From positions 1-40,409 of the forward strand of contig NKIB01014808.1 of the NCBI GenBank assembly GCA_002256025.1: 40,409 nucleotides of DNA. Direction: 5' to 3'. Source of the DNA: Asterionella formosa. Lineage: Eukaryota. This document shows, in pieces, positions 13,206 through 25,381 of this stretch (positions are counted from its first letter, which is position 1; each line of letters starts with the position of its first letter). A program made the position numbers and the translations under genes. A model generated the notes under the pieces. It worked only from the letters and a program-made list of their open reading frames with translations. It made no database searches and was not told the DNA's origin.

Positions 13206-15184
13206 TGACCACGTTCCAGTTGAGGCATTCTTGTTGATAGGCAAAGCTGAGACGTAGAATTAATGATAGTACTATTGCTAACTAAACTCCTTTCCTTGTA
13301 TGGTAAAGAACATGTTTGGAATTAATAATCGTCACTGCAGCAAATCATCATGTGTTCATGGAACGAATAGCACGAGACATCCACATGTTTAAGGACAAAC
13401 AGTAGCTGGTCTATGTTGCGCCATGTTTCCTTATTAATACTTACCTACTTTTAAAAACGGCGGGAACGGTACCATTAACTTCTATAGTTTCTTTATTAAG
13501 GTTCTCTCACAAGGAGTCGTCTTCAGAATCGAAATTCATGCTTTAAAAAAAATAAGGGGACTGATGATGCGTCTTGATAATCTGGAAGGGCTTACTTGGA
13601 GAGCTTAGTAAGAATGTTAGATTTGAGACAGCAGATCTAGGTGATGAGAGGAACTCAACCAACCTTCGAGGTCCTGATAATGAGGTGCTTATGTGGCCAT
13701 CAGAACGATAGAACGGGTTTGCCTCTTTCTGCCAGTGGAGGCCGATTTCTCGTGTGGTAATTATTCCAGCTTAGCTCATCACACGGAATCGTTGATAACA
13801 AGTTCAGTCATGGAAGGAACAACTCCACTCATCCTTGAGGTGGCAAACAGTGAAGGCTTTTCCTCTTGTGGATTGTGATGAAATCGTTGAGCCTATCCTT
13901 GAGGCTCATTCATTCTTCTTGTCCTCGTCTGCCTTTTATTAAAATATACTCCCTCTATTCCGGTAAAGTTGCAACCAAACTTTAGGTCACTGCCTCACAA
14001 GAAGCGCAACCTCCAATATTTCTCCGTCTAGAAGCCCCTCCTATTTAAAAATTATTCCATTGTATCACGTAAAAGTGACAAAATGAGGAAATCAAAATCT
14101 ACCATGCCGGATAGTACGTAGCGTTTCTCGGCGGTTACTTGGTGGTGGTATGTGCAAACGACGTTTGGGGGTGGCGACTACCCATATACTTCACTGTCTT
14201 GGAACCCCCTACCCCGGTATATATTTTTCTCGAGGTGGAACCAAACACCTCACAATTTTCTTTTCATAGACAAAGTAACGTCCTATAATTCTATTGGTCC
14301 TCGTTGGCTCTTGTATATAATTATTTAGCTTTGATGTTGCAATTCTATTCAAGAACTGAATCATGAGTATTTGAATCATAATTCTTGGCGCTCCAGTCAA
14401 ATCTCAAGTGGACAGGATTTTTGACTGGACTAGGAATATTGTTAAGCAAAGCTGGTGGAGTTGGGACAACAGCTTCTTTGGCCTTTACAATGTTCTTTTC
14501 CTTGGAAATCAAGGTTTCTTGCTCGATGTTTTTACGCCCCTCATTGTTAATGATGGTCAAAGGTGATGAAGGTAGGACCTGAACATCAACAATTCTCTTT
14601 GAGTCAACCCTGTTGGAAATGCCAAAAGTAGGGTCTTGAAAACTGTGCATCCACTTTGCACTCTCTTCCACACCCTTGTTCCCAGTAAGAGGCGACTTGC
14701 TATTATTTTTCATCAAATCTTCATTTGACAATGGGGACAACACTCGTTCCGCATACTGCAAGCACTCCTGACAAAATTGGTGGTAGGCTGCATCAGCCTG
14801 ATAGAGCAAGCTTTAAATATTTGCTGTGTTAGTGACACCCTTGTCACTGCCTTGAGAGCTGAACCTTTGAGTGGTGATTGCTCGGCGTGAACCAAAAGTT
14901 CCTGCTAGGTCAAATTGTTTCGACCTTATCGTCCCATGGTGGGACAGGATGATTTCCAACTTGATCACGTTCTGGTTAGTACTTTTGTCGAAATTGACAA
15001 CAGAAGGTAGTTCAGGATTGACACAATGGAGGAGATCATTCTTTGAGGCACTTGCCTTTGCCTCACTACTACTATTATCATCTGTTAGACTAATCACATC
15101 ATTGTCCTTGAAAGAAATTCTTGATTTCTTGGAAATAGAACTAGAAGGGGGCCAGGTAGCCTTCAACCGTTCCTTGATTATTGG

Positions 15185-15350
15185 CACAGCAACTTGTTGG
15201 GACTCCGGTTTGGAGACCATTTTGCTGGAGATGGCAGCTGATTTGGAATCCGGTTTGGATTCTTTTTTCCTGTTTATGGCAGCTGGTTTAGAGTCTGGTT
15301 TCGATACTTTTTTGCTGGGAATCGCGGCTTGTTTGCAGTCCGATTCAGAT
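15185..15350 (-). repeat. Coding 45-nt (15-aa) imperfect repeat, about 4 copies
   Basis: Translation ESDCKQAAIPSKKV/SKPDSKPAAINRKKE/SKPDSKSAAISSKMV/SKPESQQVAV. Confidence 0.75.
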
Positions 15351-15753
15351 TCATTGTAAGGATTAGTTACAGGCATTGATGCAACATCTCGGCTCCTGGC
15401 TGTTGACTTCGCAGCATTGCAAGCACCTGCCTTGGATGTGACGGCTTTGGTAGCATCATGCTTTTTGGGAGTTGCCTTAGCAGAAGGCTTGAGTGCAACA
15501 GCTTTCGCAGCAACAGTTCTTGGAGGAGCTTTCATCCTTGTCTTTGCAGCTTTCTTTGGAACACTCTTCTGTAAGACTTGGGATTGTGTTGATCCTGCTG
15601 TAACTATACTAGAAGCAGCCTTCTGTATAGTGCCTCTCTTCGCACGCTTTCCGAGCGCATAAGAAGGCGCTTCCAAGCGGGCATACTCTGACCTGATAGC
15701 TGCCTTTGCATTCATCACCTCTGTCAGGCGATGAATGCAAAAAAAGAAATGTG

Positions 15754-15788
15754 TGAATGAATGAATGAATGAATAAATGAATATGAAT
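15754..15788. repeat. (TGAA)n microsatellite inside intron 15721-15814
   Basis: TGAATGAATGAATGAATGAATAAATGAATATGAAT. Confidence 0.85.
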
Positions 15789-17408
15789 ACATCATACATA
15801 GTAAACGAACATACCTTTTGGTTGCTTGTAGATCAAACCCCCAATGGGAAGAAACATCGAGTACACATAGGCTTGCTCTTCCAATTGATGATCCAGAAGA
15901 TCATAATGAGTGGCTGAAAGAAGACTCCCAGCTAAATTTGTTCGCAAACGCACGATAGGAAAGGTCTCCAAATTTGCTGGTTCTGGCATATCAGGTCCAT
16001 TATTGTATGAATCAACATCGCCATTGTTCTTGTTCCTCTCATCATGAAGAAGGTTTTCAAGAGGATGATTGATCCTGTCCATCCAAGGAATAGGATTGCA
16101 GTGTATAAATCCCAAGGATTTATACCACTCAACCGCATTGCCCAGCACCTGAGCAAAAACTGGTTGATGTTGGGAAGGACATCCTGGGTATGCACAGCTC
16201 CAGGCCTCCTCATCGATACGAAGATGAGTAGCAGCTTGGATCAGCAATTGACCCATGCCACGTTTTTTGTACTTGTGCAAATCATGGGTTGAATTATGAT
16301 TACTTTCACCAGATAGTGAATACAAGCAATAGGAATTGGAAACTCTTTTTGCTCCACAACAACCATAGCTACGGGCTTGAACTTCTTCTCCAAGTTCTCC
16401 CTCTCTTCAATGGTAATGACGAAATTGCCATGAAGCTTCTTCTGGAGCTGATTTGCGTATAAAGCTTTGTTGGTAACAACGGAATTCCAATCATTACCAA
16501 AAGATTTGGACAAGAAAGTCATAATCTCATTGATCTCCAAAGGGATTTTAGAGGTGGCGAAGGTGTCAAGGGGAATTTGGGTGATCCTAACTTTCCACTT
16601 GTACTGCCTATCATCAGCATTAGGGTCACGTACATTGATGCAACCAATGTACAATCTTCCTAAAGCCTCGAGTCTTTTGCTCACATGAGTGAAAAAAGCA
16701 AGAAAATAGAGCAGTGGATAATCCACATGAGTCCTGTATCCCTCGCGGATCAGACTCATAGACTCTGGACTGAAGGGGACCAACCAATAGCGTTGAGGGA
16801 GAAAGGACTCATTCTCATACGCGTTGATGAATCGAAGATAGAGTTTCTTCATGGAAAATTCAGGATCTCTCTGGAAATCCTTGAACATACCAATCTCAAG
16901 TAACTTGTCCATACTGTCGCAAGTACTCTTAAACTGGTCAGTAGTGAGAGGAACACTGAAATTCGCCTTGATATCATGGTAATGAGGATAAATAGACGAG
17001 AAAGATGTCTCGAAGGGAGAAAGGAAAGAGAGAATAGGAGAGTAACGCAATTGTTGCGAAAAAGTGCGATTATTAGAAAAAATAGAGTCACGTGAGGATG
17101 GCTGGCAGTTTTTCTGTTCTGGCAAACAGGCAGGAAGCCAGTAGTAGCTAGTTGCAATATTTTTGTGTCTAAATCCTACCTGCATCTAGTACCTATTTGA
17201 TAAATAGTACAAGACAAATACTCGGATGTACTAAATACAATACCTGGTCCTTGTTTGTGCACATGATTTCTCTGAATCGCTGCTAGTATCTACTAGTAGC
17301 AAGTGCTTTTACTGTCGCGCCATTCAGTAACTGTTGAAATTTTGAAGGTGATGATGCTTGATTATTATTATTGTAGCAGTCTACCGGTAGACCGGTAGAC
17401 TATCAACA

Positions 17409-19034
17409 ATGGCCATTTGCAATATCAGCCAAAGGGAAAATGTCCACTTTTGCGAATAAATGAGTGATCAATCAGTGATTGTTCGAGATCCAATTCCTAT
17501 AAATCTCTGGCAAGCTATTTCGGATATCATGTCAAACATATTCAGGAGCTGTCTCAGGCTGAGGCTTCCTCTGCATCTGACAGTGAAAGCGACAATGGAG
17601 TCTCTATTCCTGGAGCAGAGAACAGCGATTTCTTCACCAGTGATGAGGATGAAAGTCTCATTTTATCAACTGATGGTAAGAAAAACATTTCGACTATTTC
17701 TGATCACAAGGGAATTGAAACAAACCTTTCCTTAGAGTTTCTTCATTCTGAGTTGAAGAAAAGTATAAAGGAGATTGATGAGCTTTGGGAAGTAATGGAG
17801 AAGCAAAGACTTCAATTTTGCTGGTGACCATGGCATTGGAAGAGACAAGCATTGGACCCGAAATGTTGGTCAATGGGTCAAACTTGAACTTTTTCCAAAA
17901 GTAAAGTTTATCACAGGTGATATTGACCTTGATGAAAGGGGACCAACTAGTCTGGCACTCTCATTTCGTGCTCACTTCCCAAGCCTATTCATGGGAACTG
18001 ATAAGGACTTCGAGTCAATTTGGCAGACATATAAGAATGATATTAATAAAGTGATGTCTGAGAAAAGAAATGCCGTTGTTACCACTCTCAAATATGCCTT
18101 TGCTAGTAAGTAAACAACTTGACTTGGTATGCCTGATTTCTTCTTGACTTGTTAAACATACTCATTGTTTACAACTTACAAATCATTCCATTCCAATCTA
18201 CAAAACTTCAGGACTTTTTCGTGATGGTATGCACATTCATCTGAATAAGCATACCATCTCCAACAGCCGTTCAGATGGAGAAGGAGCCAAGAATGATCCT
18301 TTCTTCCTTCTAGTTGAGTAATTTTATTCCAGGGTTGGGCGAAAGCTGTCTTGGAAACGTCAGTGTGCTAAGATGCATGTCAGTGACATTGTAAGTGTTT
18401 CTGACGAGGTTTTTCATTGTTGGTCTTAGAGAACTGCTGGGATGTCTGGTTGCATAACGCAATGATGAAAGGTCATGAAGATGATACTTCTGCACCAAAA
18501 TACGTTTATACCGGTACTGGAGGACAGGGAAAGAGACACGGGGGCTGGGACGCAAAGGGATATGCCAGGTTCAACAGCCTATATGACATAGTTGCTCATC
18601 AAAGGATAATTGCCATGAGCAGGCAGTTGGAGATCAGCTTTAAGTCCAATCTTCTTGTTTTGGCTGGAGTTCCACAAGGTTAGTCACTTCGGGGAATTGA
18701 AGAAAGTGGAATTGTTGAACTGATGTTCATGGAAAATATTGACTAACTGATGGAAATTTTCATTGAAGTTACGCCAGGAAACAACAGTGTGCCTGCCATT
18801 AGAGTCCGTAATGATCTAGTGGTAATTTCTCTTCCAGTAAGCACAACTCCGGCATCTTCCATCAGTGGATTGACTCCACAAGTTATTTCAGGAAGAACTT
18901 CAACGATAACAACTGGTAGTACTACTAAGGGTGCAAAGAGTTTGAACGTGATTATTCACTTTCCCCCAGACCAAGTCAAGGGTGCCACAGATTGTTACTT
19001 CCAAGAGATGAAGAGTGTGAAATGTGTAGAGTAA
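17409..19034 (+). pseudogene. Disrupted intron-containing gene of unknown function, divergent from the GNAT gene
   Basis: Reconstructable blocks WVKLELFPKVKFIT...EKRNAVVTTLKYAF, then intron 18106-18211 (GTAAGT...TTCAG), then WKRQ...VSVSDEVF/LVLENCWDVW and GGWDAKGYARFNSLYDIV (18540-18593). In-frame stops and frameshifts present. I recall these motifs from multicopy hypothetical diatom proteins, but this is unverified. Confidence 0.55.
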
Positions 19035-19036
19035 TT

Positions 19037-20460
19037 ATGCCAAAGCAAACTGCGTTTACCTTGAGTTTGCCGAAAACGCATGGACAACTAAAGTTGTGGA
19101 AAGATTTGTGCACACGTACCCCACAAGAAATATGCAATTACGCCTCTGTATTTAATGGAGTCAAAGGTATCAAAAATCATCTTCAGATTTTAAAGATCTT
19201 GCATATTGGGACCTTGAAACAATTACCTCTATGATCCATAATATATAATTCATAAACTTCATCCAACTGAGCGATGTAAAGGTTATGTTTGATCTGGATG
19301 AGAACCCAGAAAGGGGTAATGACAAACCGTATATATACCAAGGTGATTGTCATCCACTTTATCATGACAGTAACTATGTGCTTATTGTTTATTGCAAAAG
19401 ATCAGATGAGGAGGAAAACAACCATTTTGTGCATTATCTTTTTGCTATAAATGATGGATTGTGTCAAGTCCGTGATCCAGGAAAAGATGCAAGTTTGGAT
19501 GAAACTTATGATCAATTCTTTCACCTTGCCTGTAAGTACTGCATCGTCCCTTGATGCAACAAACAATTGGAATTGTTATGCACTGATACAAGATATCTTC
19601 CACAAGAATCCCATACACCTGAAGAAATTGGTTTATCGGAATCTTTCTATACTGGCACCAAAGCACCATTGCAGATCATTATGGCCACTGAACACGATTC
19701 CATGTTATTTCAACCAGAAGATGATAGTGGATGGTCATGTGGACCATTTACAATTGTGAAAGTATTGGAAACTCTATTGCAACTAGAAAGGAATGGCAAA
19801 ACCAAATTTATTGGCAAACGGGCACAATTCCGTTTGGAGACGGAGTCCTGGAGAGTTTTAAAACGTCAGGTGGTAGCAACAGATCGAACAGACGATTTGT
19901 TATCTGTTACATCTGACCCACCAACCAAGTCAACAACATACTTTCATCTTGGAACAGTTTGGCCTCAAGTGACAACGACAAACATTTGTGAGGATATGTT
20001 TCAGTTGGCAATAACTGTTCTTCAATTTTGTATCGACAAAATTTTGAGCTACCTCCTTTTTAGATTTAAAAATGTTGAACGAAGTATTTGGACGACTTCC
20101 TTGCAATTCATCTTTCAAGAAGGATGATGTTGTCAACGTGAAATCCATGATCCAACAAATGAATGAAAAAGTTGCTCCCTTCAAATGGTATAATCATGCA
20201 CCTCTTGGCCAAATTTCTGGATGCATCAAAATTGACAAAAAGTTAGAAAAAATATTTTGTAACTGATGAGAGCCCTTCTGGAATCAAATTGAAAAAGTTT
20301 ACAGACTCATATCGAACTACAGTTGAAAAGTGGAGAAGAAAAATTTCGGACGAAACGAGAAGGACCATCTTAGGTTCTATGGGAGTGAAAAAGAACAAAT
20401 AATGGACCATTGCTCGGGATCATCCAATCTCATCATTCCTCAGGACATTTTAGTTTTTGA
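19037..20460 (+). pseudogene. Frameshifted Ulp1/peptidase C48-like (clan CE, SUMO/ubiquitin-like) protease gene
   Basis: Catalytic order His-Asp-Gln/Cys: VLIVY...NNHFVHY (H at 19423), CIV/LDAT (D at 19553, across a frameshift) and FQPEDDSGWSCGPF (Q at 19711, C at 19738). The Q-to-C spacing is 3 residues longer than canonical QxxxxDCG. Confidence 0.55.
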
Positions 20461-20879
20461 AAACCTTCTAATAACTTAACTAGAATGTGAAACTATATTA
20501 TCACTATTATTTATATTATTCTTGTGTATTTATCAACGTTCGCTTGTTAGTTTTTGGTCCCACCTGATTGATTTCCATAAATGACATGGAGGCATGGCAA
20601 TATAAAAATTATCTTTCCTTTTCTGTTCCAAAACTTCTTGCGGTTTCAGAGATTTCCTTTGTTTGATTCCTGTGGTTTCAAAGCAGGAACAAGAAATGCT
20701 GCCGAAAGTATGTTATGAAATTCAACAACGCTCAATTCAGTTTTATCATTGCATAAGGTGTCTCTTCTTGCAAAAAACATACGTTTATGAATTTTCATTT
20801 CAGTTGAACTTTTCAAGCAACGAATACACGCTTTTTTGGCCATCAGGAACAATTCCAGCCCACTTTCTCGAAAACGGTA

Positions 20880-21335
20880 TCGGAAGCGATCAAAGGAGAA
20901 ATCAGAGAAGCACTGACACAACAGACTTCTTTGGGTGATAAATTAACTATTCACGGTTATATGAGCATCAAATGGTGGACAGTGTTGGGACCACAGTCAG
21001 GAGAGAACCACGGAAAAAGGGACCAGAGAAAATATTTGTTAAAACGGCTATTCCCCTTTTATGGAGACTTGCCCAGGGAGCGAGGAGGGCCGGAACGACA
21101 AACTTGCTTCATAACGGAAAAACGAAGATATAGTGCAATCCGCTCGGAACGAAACAATTCGACAGATATATAAACTACAAAGTGAAATATGTAAAAGAGA
21201 CAGGCACATCTTCAACACAGATTTAGACACAATGCTACAATCCAGGAGAAACAAGAAACGGCGATTCCTGGAACGCCCAGAATACCTCATAGCAGAGTCC
21301 AAAAAATGGCAGTTACTGGACAACAAACAATAACA
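20880..21335 (+). mobile_element. Degenerate 3' fragment of a non-LTR retrotransposon ORF2 (diatom Ambal-like C-terminus)
   Basis: EALTQQTSLGDKLTIHGYMSIKW (from 20907; compare QxxIGWxxxxxGxxSxxW), then LLWRLAQGA...(RN) and IRQIYKL...RDRHIF...L. This motif series is what I recall from C-termini of diatom LINE ORF2 proteins. Frameshifted; the 3' UTR may extend further. Confidence 0.55.
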
Positions 21336-22204
21336 AAACATTTTAGTCAAGTGTCCACCAGAAGGGAGAAGCTCTCCCAAGGAAAGTTTCGACAAATCTA
21401 ACAGCCAATATGCGACAAACAACACTCAACATCCAGGCCTGCGACCCGCAAGAACCACCAGCGTTCTGGACAATCCCGGCAAAGATCTCAGCTACTACTA
21501 CCACAAACTTTTTGCCATGACTCCTACATGAGGGACTGATCACCAAGCCTGCTTCTCCACCGCCCCAATTTATGGGCCATGGAGCGCAACGAATACAATC
21601 CTGGCAATAGGCTTATACTACTAATGCGCTATAAAAATTATTGCGTTACTATTCTACTAATCATAATAACCAGGTTAGGACAAGGGCTAACAGTGTTATT
21701 TTCAAGAAAATTCTACCAGCAAGGAAAAGGAGAGCGATACCGGTATTTCTCCTCACTACTGCTAATACCGGTTGTCCATAATTACTTCATTCTTAATACA
21801 GTTCCTTTGACCTGTCTCAACAGTAATAATCACTGTAAAGATACTCACTGCCATTCTGTACAAGGCTGCGTGGACGCGAGATTGACACATGACGACGATG
21901 ATGGACTTTCGAATGGTAAGGCAAAAGATGCATCACAGTACACCCTGCTCGCTCACACCTGCTCCCATCGAACACAACCAGAACTCCCACAGCAAGAATC
22001 CCGCGGACTCAACAGTACATGGTACATCCGTCACGTGGAAGCATCGCCCTCCAAGCTCTGCAAAATGCCGCCACCAACCGAAGGTTGGTCGCTTCCGTTT
22101 CATTGGAGGCTATATAGTAGCTACTGAACCGTTTGCACTGCCAACCAATAGTCATGTAGGAATAGCAATACGCCAAGTATCTCCTGGATTCGTCACAAAA
22201 CATA

Positions 22205-23853
22205 CTAATTATATATCATGGAAATTGATAGAAGTAAATTTAACGGATGTGTTTGTTGATTGAGAATCAATTGTATATCCAGAAATTGTCTATCATCTTG
22301 TATTAAATAAAAATCCAGAGGATATTGAATATTGTCTGCCAAAATTGGATGATTTAGGAGACAGGTAAACAGAGGTTCATCATCTAATTCAATTGAGTAA
22401 GTAGAAATAGATGTTGATGCTGAAGATTTCGGCCCAATATCATTCCCCACCAAATACTCAAGCCTTGGGAGGCGAGAGATAGAATCTGTAATAGTTAGCA
22501 TTATCAGTACTCTTCACATCGTGAAAAGTAAGAAGATATTCTTCAATATAAAGCCTCCAGCCACCGGAGAACATGTTGAGTGTCTGTGTAGGGTATTATA
22601 GATAAAAATACGATGATCAGTGTGAACATGTAGAACTTCATTCGATAAGAATAAGCGAAATTCTTTGAAAGTTTCTTTATTGATAATCAGAAACATCAGT
22701 AAACATCATATGGAAAGGAAAATTATGATCAGGATAATGCATGAGTTTTTCTGCAACGAGCAATGCTTTGATTGATTCAAAAGCTTGTCGATGTATGCAT
22801 AGATAACCAGACAAATGGACCAGTTCCATTTAAATCCCTTTTTTAGTTTTGAAGACGAAAATTTTGAGGTCAGTTGGAGTTTATCGATATCCCAATGAGT
22901 CAGTTTCTTCAACAGACCATTTCATTTGGAATTGTGCTTGATGACTTGTGGTTAAATAAATTAATTTTAGCCATGACAGCAGCTTTCCGTATCTGTATAG
23001 TTAGCATCTTTAATGTTCGCTACATGTGTAAACATAAACATTGATAGGTGTATCAAAATATAACAACCCATTATGTAAATGTCCTGTACCATTATGATAG
23101 GAATCAATTACATGCATAAAAAACAATGAAGGAGCTTCTTTAAAGTCTTTAAACAGGCAGAGACATTTATCAACAGCACGTTGAACGGTTTTATCGAGTA
23201 TTATCAGAAAATCCACATCCACTGATGCCGACTCTCAAAGTAAAATATCATGAGCACAAAACTGCTCCAGCCACCTCACCATGATTTTGTTGAAACTGTC
23301 ATAGGATTGAGCATCTGGGTTTATTGCAATGCTAATCCAGTCAGACGAGGCGATATCTTTAAGGCATATTCTGTAGCAATAGGAGAACAAGCAAGGAATC
23401 TGCTAGACTGAAGATAATGTGATAGCCATATCACAGAATTTACTGAAATCAATCAACAAGCTTCCCCTGAGCGTTAATTGACCATATCTTTGTTGTAAGA
23501 ATCCAAACGTCAACCTGGCTTATACTACTGATACACAAAAAGGTCTGAGCCTTTATGTTTAGTATGCTGTTATCCTTCATCAATGGGACCACTGGAACTT
23601 GAGAGGACATCAACATTATTAATTCTATTTGGACTCTTTTTGAATTTAAAGTGAAGTATCTACCTAGAAGTAGTGCGTAGTATTTGTTGAATATATGAGC
23701 TGATTTGTTAATCCTTGTGAGCAACTCATTCTCTAAGTCGACACCAAAGTATACAATAAGGGTTAGTTGAGTTCTCTCATTATTGAGTTCTGATATATAT
23801 GATATAACACTACCGGTTACCCTGTATACATCTGTATTGATGCACGAGATCAC
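22205..23853 (-). pseudogene. Decayed ORF of unknown function (about 550 codons)
   Basis: ORF-track pieces 22706-22912, 22514-22696 and 22205-22501 share one frame and are separated by single stops. Pieces 23010-23222 and 23449-23853 continue on the same strand with frameshifts. No recognised domain. Confidence 0.45.
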
Positions 23854-24964
23854 TCACCAGGTACCCAGGAACAGGTAGAATACCGTAGGTACCTGGTAGG
23901 CAGGGTACCAGGTAATGGTCTGTCGTCTCTGGTCCAGGACCAGCAAGTAGCGGTAATTTAGCTGATTCACACACCGGTAGGCGGCTGATGGGCAGATACC
24001 CGATTCAAACAGAAATACGCTGGAGCATAATCGATTAAGTCAACAACGCTTGTGCAGACCCGTAATATCGACGTTCGCCAAATCAATTTGAGCGATATAT
24101 TTCAGTCCAAAACAAGTCATTTAGAATAACGGTGGTGTAAAGCGGTTTGATTTATGAGAATTTAAGATAAGAAATATACAATTTTATTGGTTTAGGCACA
24201 TACAAAACTTTTCAAAAATCTGCAAAATTGTTTCAAACGATAGACTGTCAAATGACAATCTTTTGTCAGACAATTACTATCTCTCTAAGTTACTTTAAAA
24301 AGTATTTTATGCATCTGCAGTCCATGATTTAAACCAGGGAACCCTCGTACTAGTCGCTTGCATATAATTATTTAGCCAACCTTTTCTATACACTAAACAC
24401 TACATTAAGTGAAACTGTTGTGGCCAGGTGGAGCACTGCATTGTGTCGTCTCAGCCTTGACCATGGTGAAAATTGCGGAAATCTCTACGAAAATTGAGAA
24501 CAACACTACCCTGCTATTTGGTAGATATATCAAGTAGCTAGTAGGACATAATAAAAACAATGGTAAAGAATTATTGTTATGACATTCATATTAACAACAA
24601 AAATTGAAGTCGAAGTTTTCATTCAAGCAATTTAGGTATGCACAATTCAAAACAATGATGCTTCAAAATGATTTGACAATTTACAGGGGCTGCACATCGA
24701 ATGCTACAACGACTAAAACAATATAATAATGATTATCGTAATTACTGTTGTCTGAGCATCTCGATTTGTTTTGATGTTTTGAGAAGAAGACATTCATAGC
24801 AATAAAATTGCTGGATCACTATCACTGATCAATATGTATGTGCATACCGGCATGTGACATGATGTCGAGGCACCAGCGGCATGAGCTCAGTGGACAAGAA
24901 ACCACTGGTTGTTACAATTTACTCGAACATAGTTTGTGGTGGACAGGCTCCACCCAGGAGATCG

Positions 24965-25075
24965 TGTCAAACGATATTTTGTCAAACGGTATTTTTTCAG
25001 ATGATTTCGTGTCAGACAATTTCCTGTCAGCCACATACTAAAAGTTTTCAGACATTGGTAGCACCTTGTCAGACA
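24965..25075 (+). repeat. Periodic T(G/T)TCA(A/G)AC motif array
   Basis: Copies start at 24965, 24980, 24995, 25010 and 25025 (exact 15-bp period), then 25046 and 25067 (21-bp period). A second cluster in the same orientation lies at 24231, 24246 and 24264. Confidence 0.8.
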
Positions 25076-25328
25076 AACACAACTAGCCCCAGGCACATAC
25101 AATAATAGCACAATAACTCATTTTAGATGATTCAATTATGCATATTTCGATTTAGCGGAACAAATTGGGGCATAATAATTGTGATAATAAAAAATAAAGT
25201 CATTACAAGCTTGCCGGATCTACCACAGTTTGGCTTCGAGCATGCCAGCATTTTCTAATTGAATATTCCATGATGCATGTATATCGCAGGCTAAATGCTT
25301 CATACTTACATGACTGTCAGTATATTAC

Positions 25329-25381
25329 TGCAACTTGCAGGTGCAACTTGCAGGTGCAACTTGCAGGTGCAACTTGCAGGT
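25329..25381. repeat. Perfect tandem repeat (TGCAACTTGCAGG)x4
   Basis: Four exact 13-bp units, each containing the palindrome TGCAA-C-TTGCA. A single copy of the motif recurs at 37740-37753. Confidence 0.95.

Larger units (their letters stand above)
13440..17185 (-). pseudogene. Frameshifted multi-exon gene: unknown N-terminal region, GNAT acetyltransferase domain, Lys/Ala/Ser-rich repeat region
   Basis: GNAT motif A KKRGMGQLL (16268-16242) and motif B NAVEWYKSLGF (16139-16107). Intron 15814-15721 (G|GTATGT...ACAG) joins the GNAT ORF in frame to ORF 14813-15799. Apparent frameshifts near 16310, 14890 and 14810; stop-interrupted coding-like sequence continues to about 13440. Confidence 0.65.

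Noticed and set aside
13555..13700. TGATGA...CTGA pairs resembling C/D snoRNAs
   Set aside because: No convincing terminal stem or recognisable rRNA guide; the region reads as decayed coding sequence on the minus strand.
21579..22263. Overlapping 182-aa and 124-aa plus-strand ORFs
   Set aside because: No recognisable motifs or splice structure. More likely LINE 3' UTR or other repeat-derived sequence.
24965..25381. Periodic repeats as a possible CRISPR array
   Set aside because: Units are 13-15 bp with no unique 25-45 bp spacers, there are no cas genes, and the context is eukaryotic.
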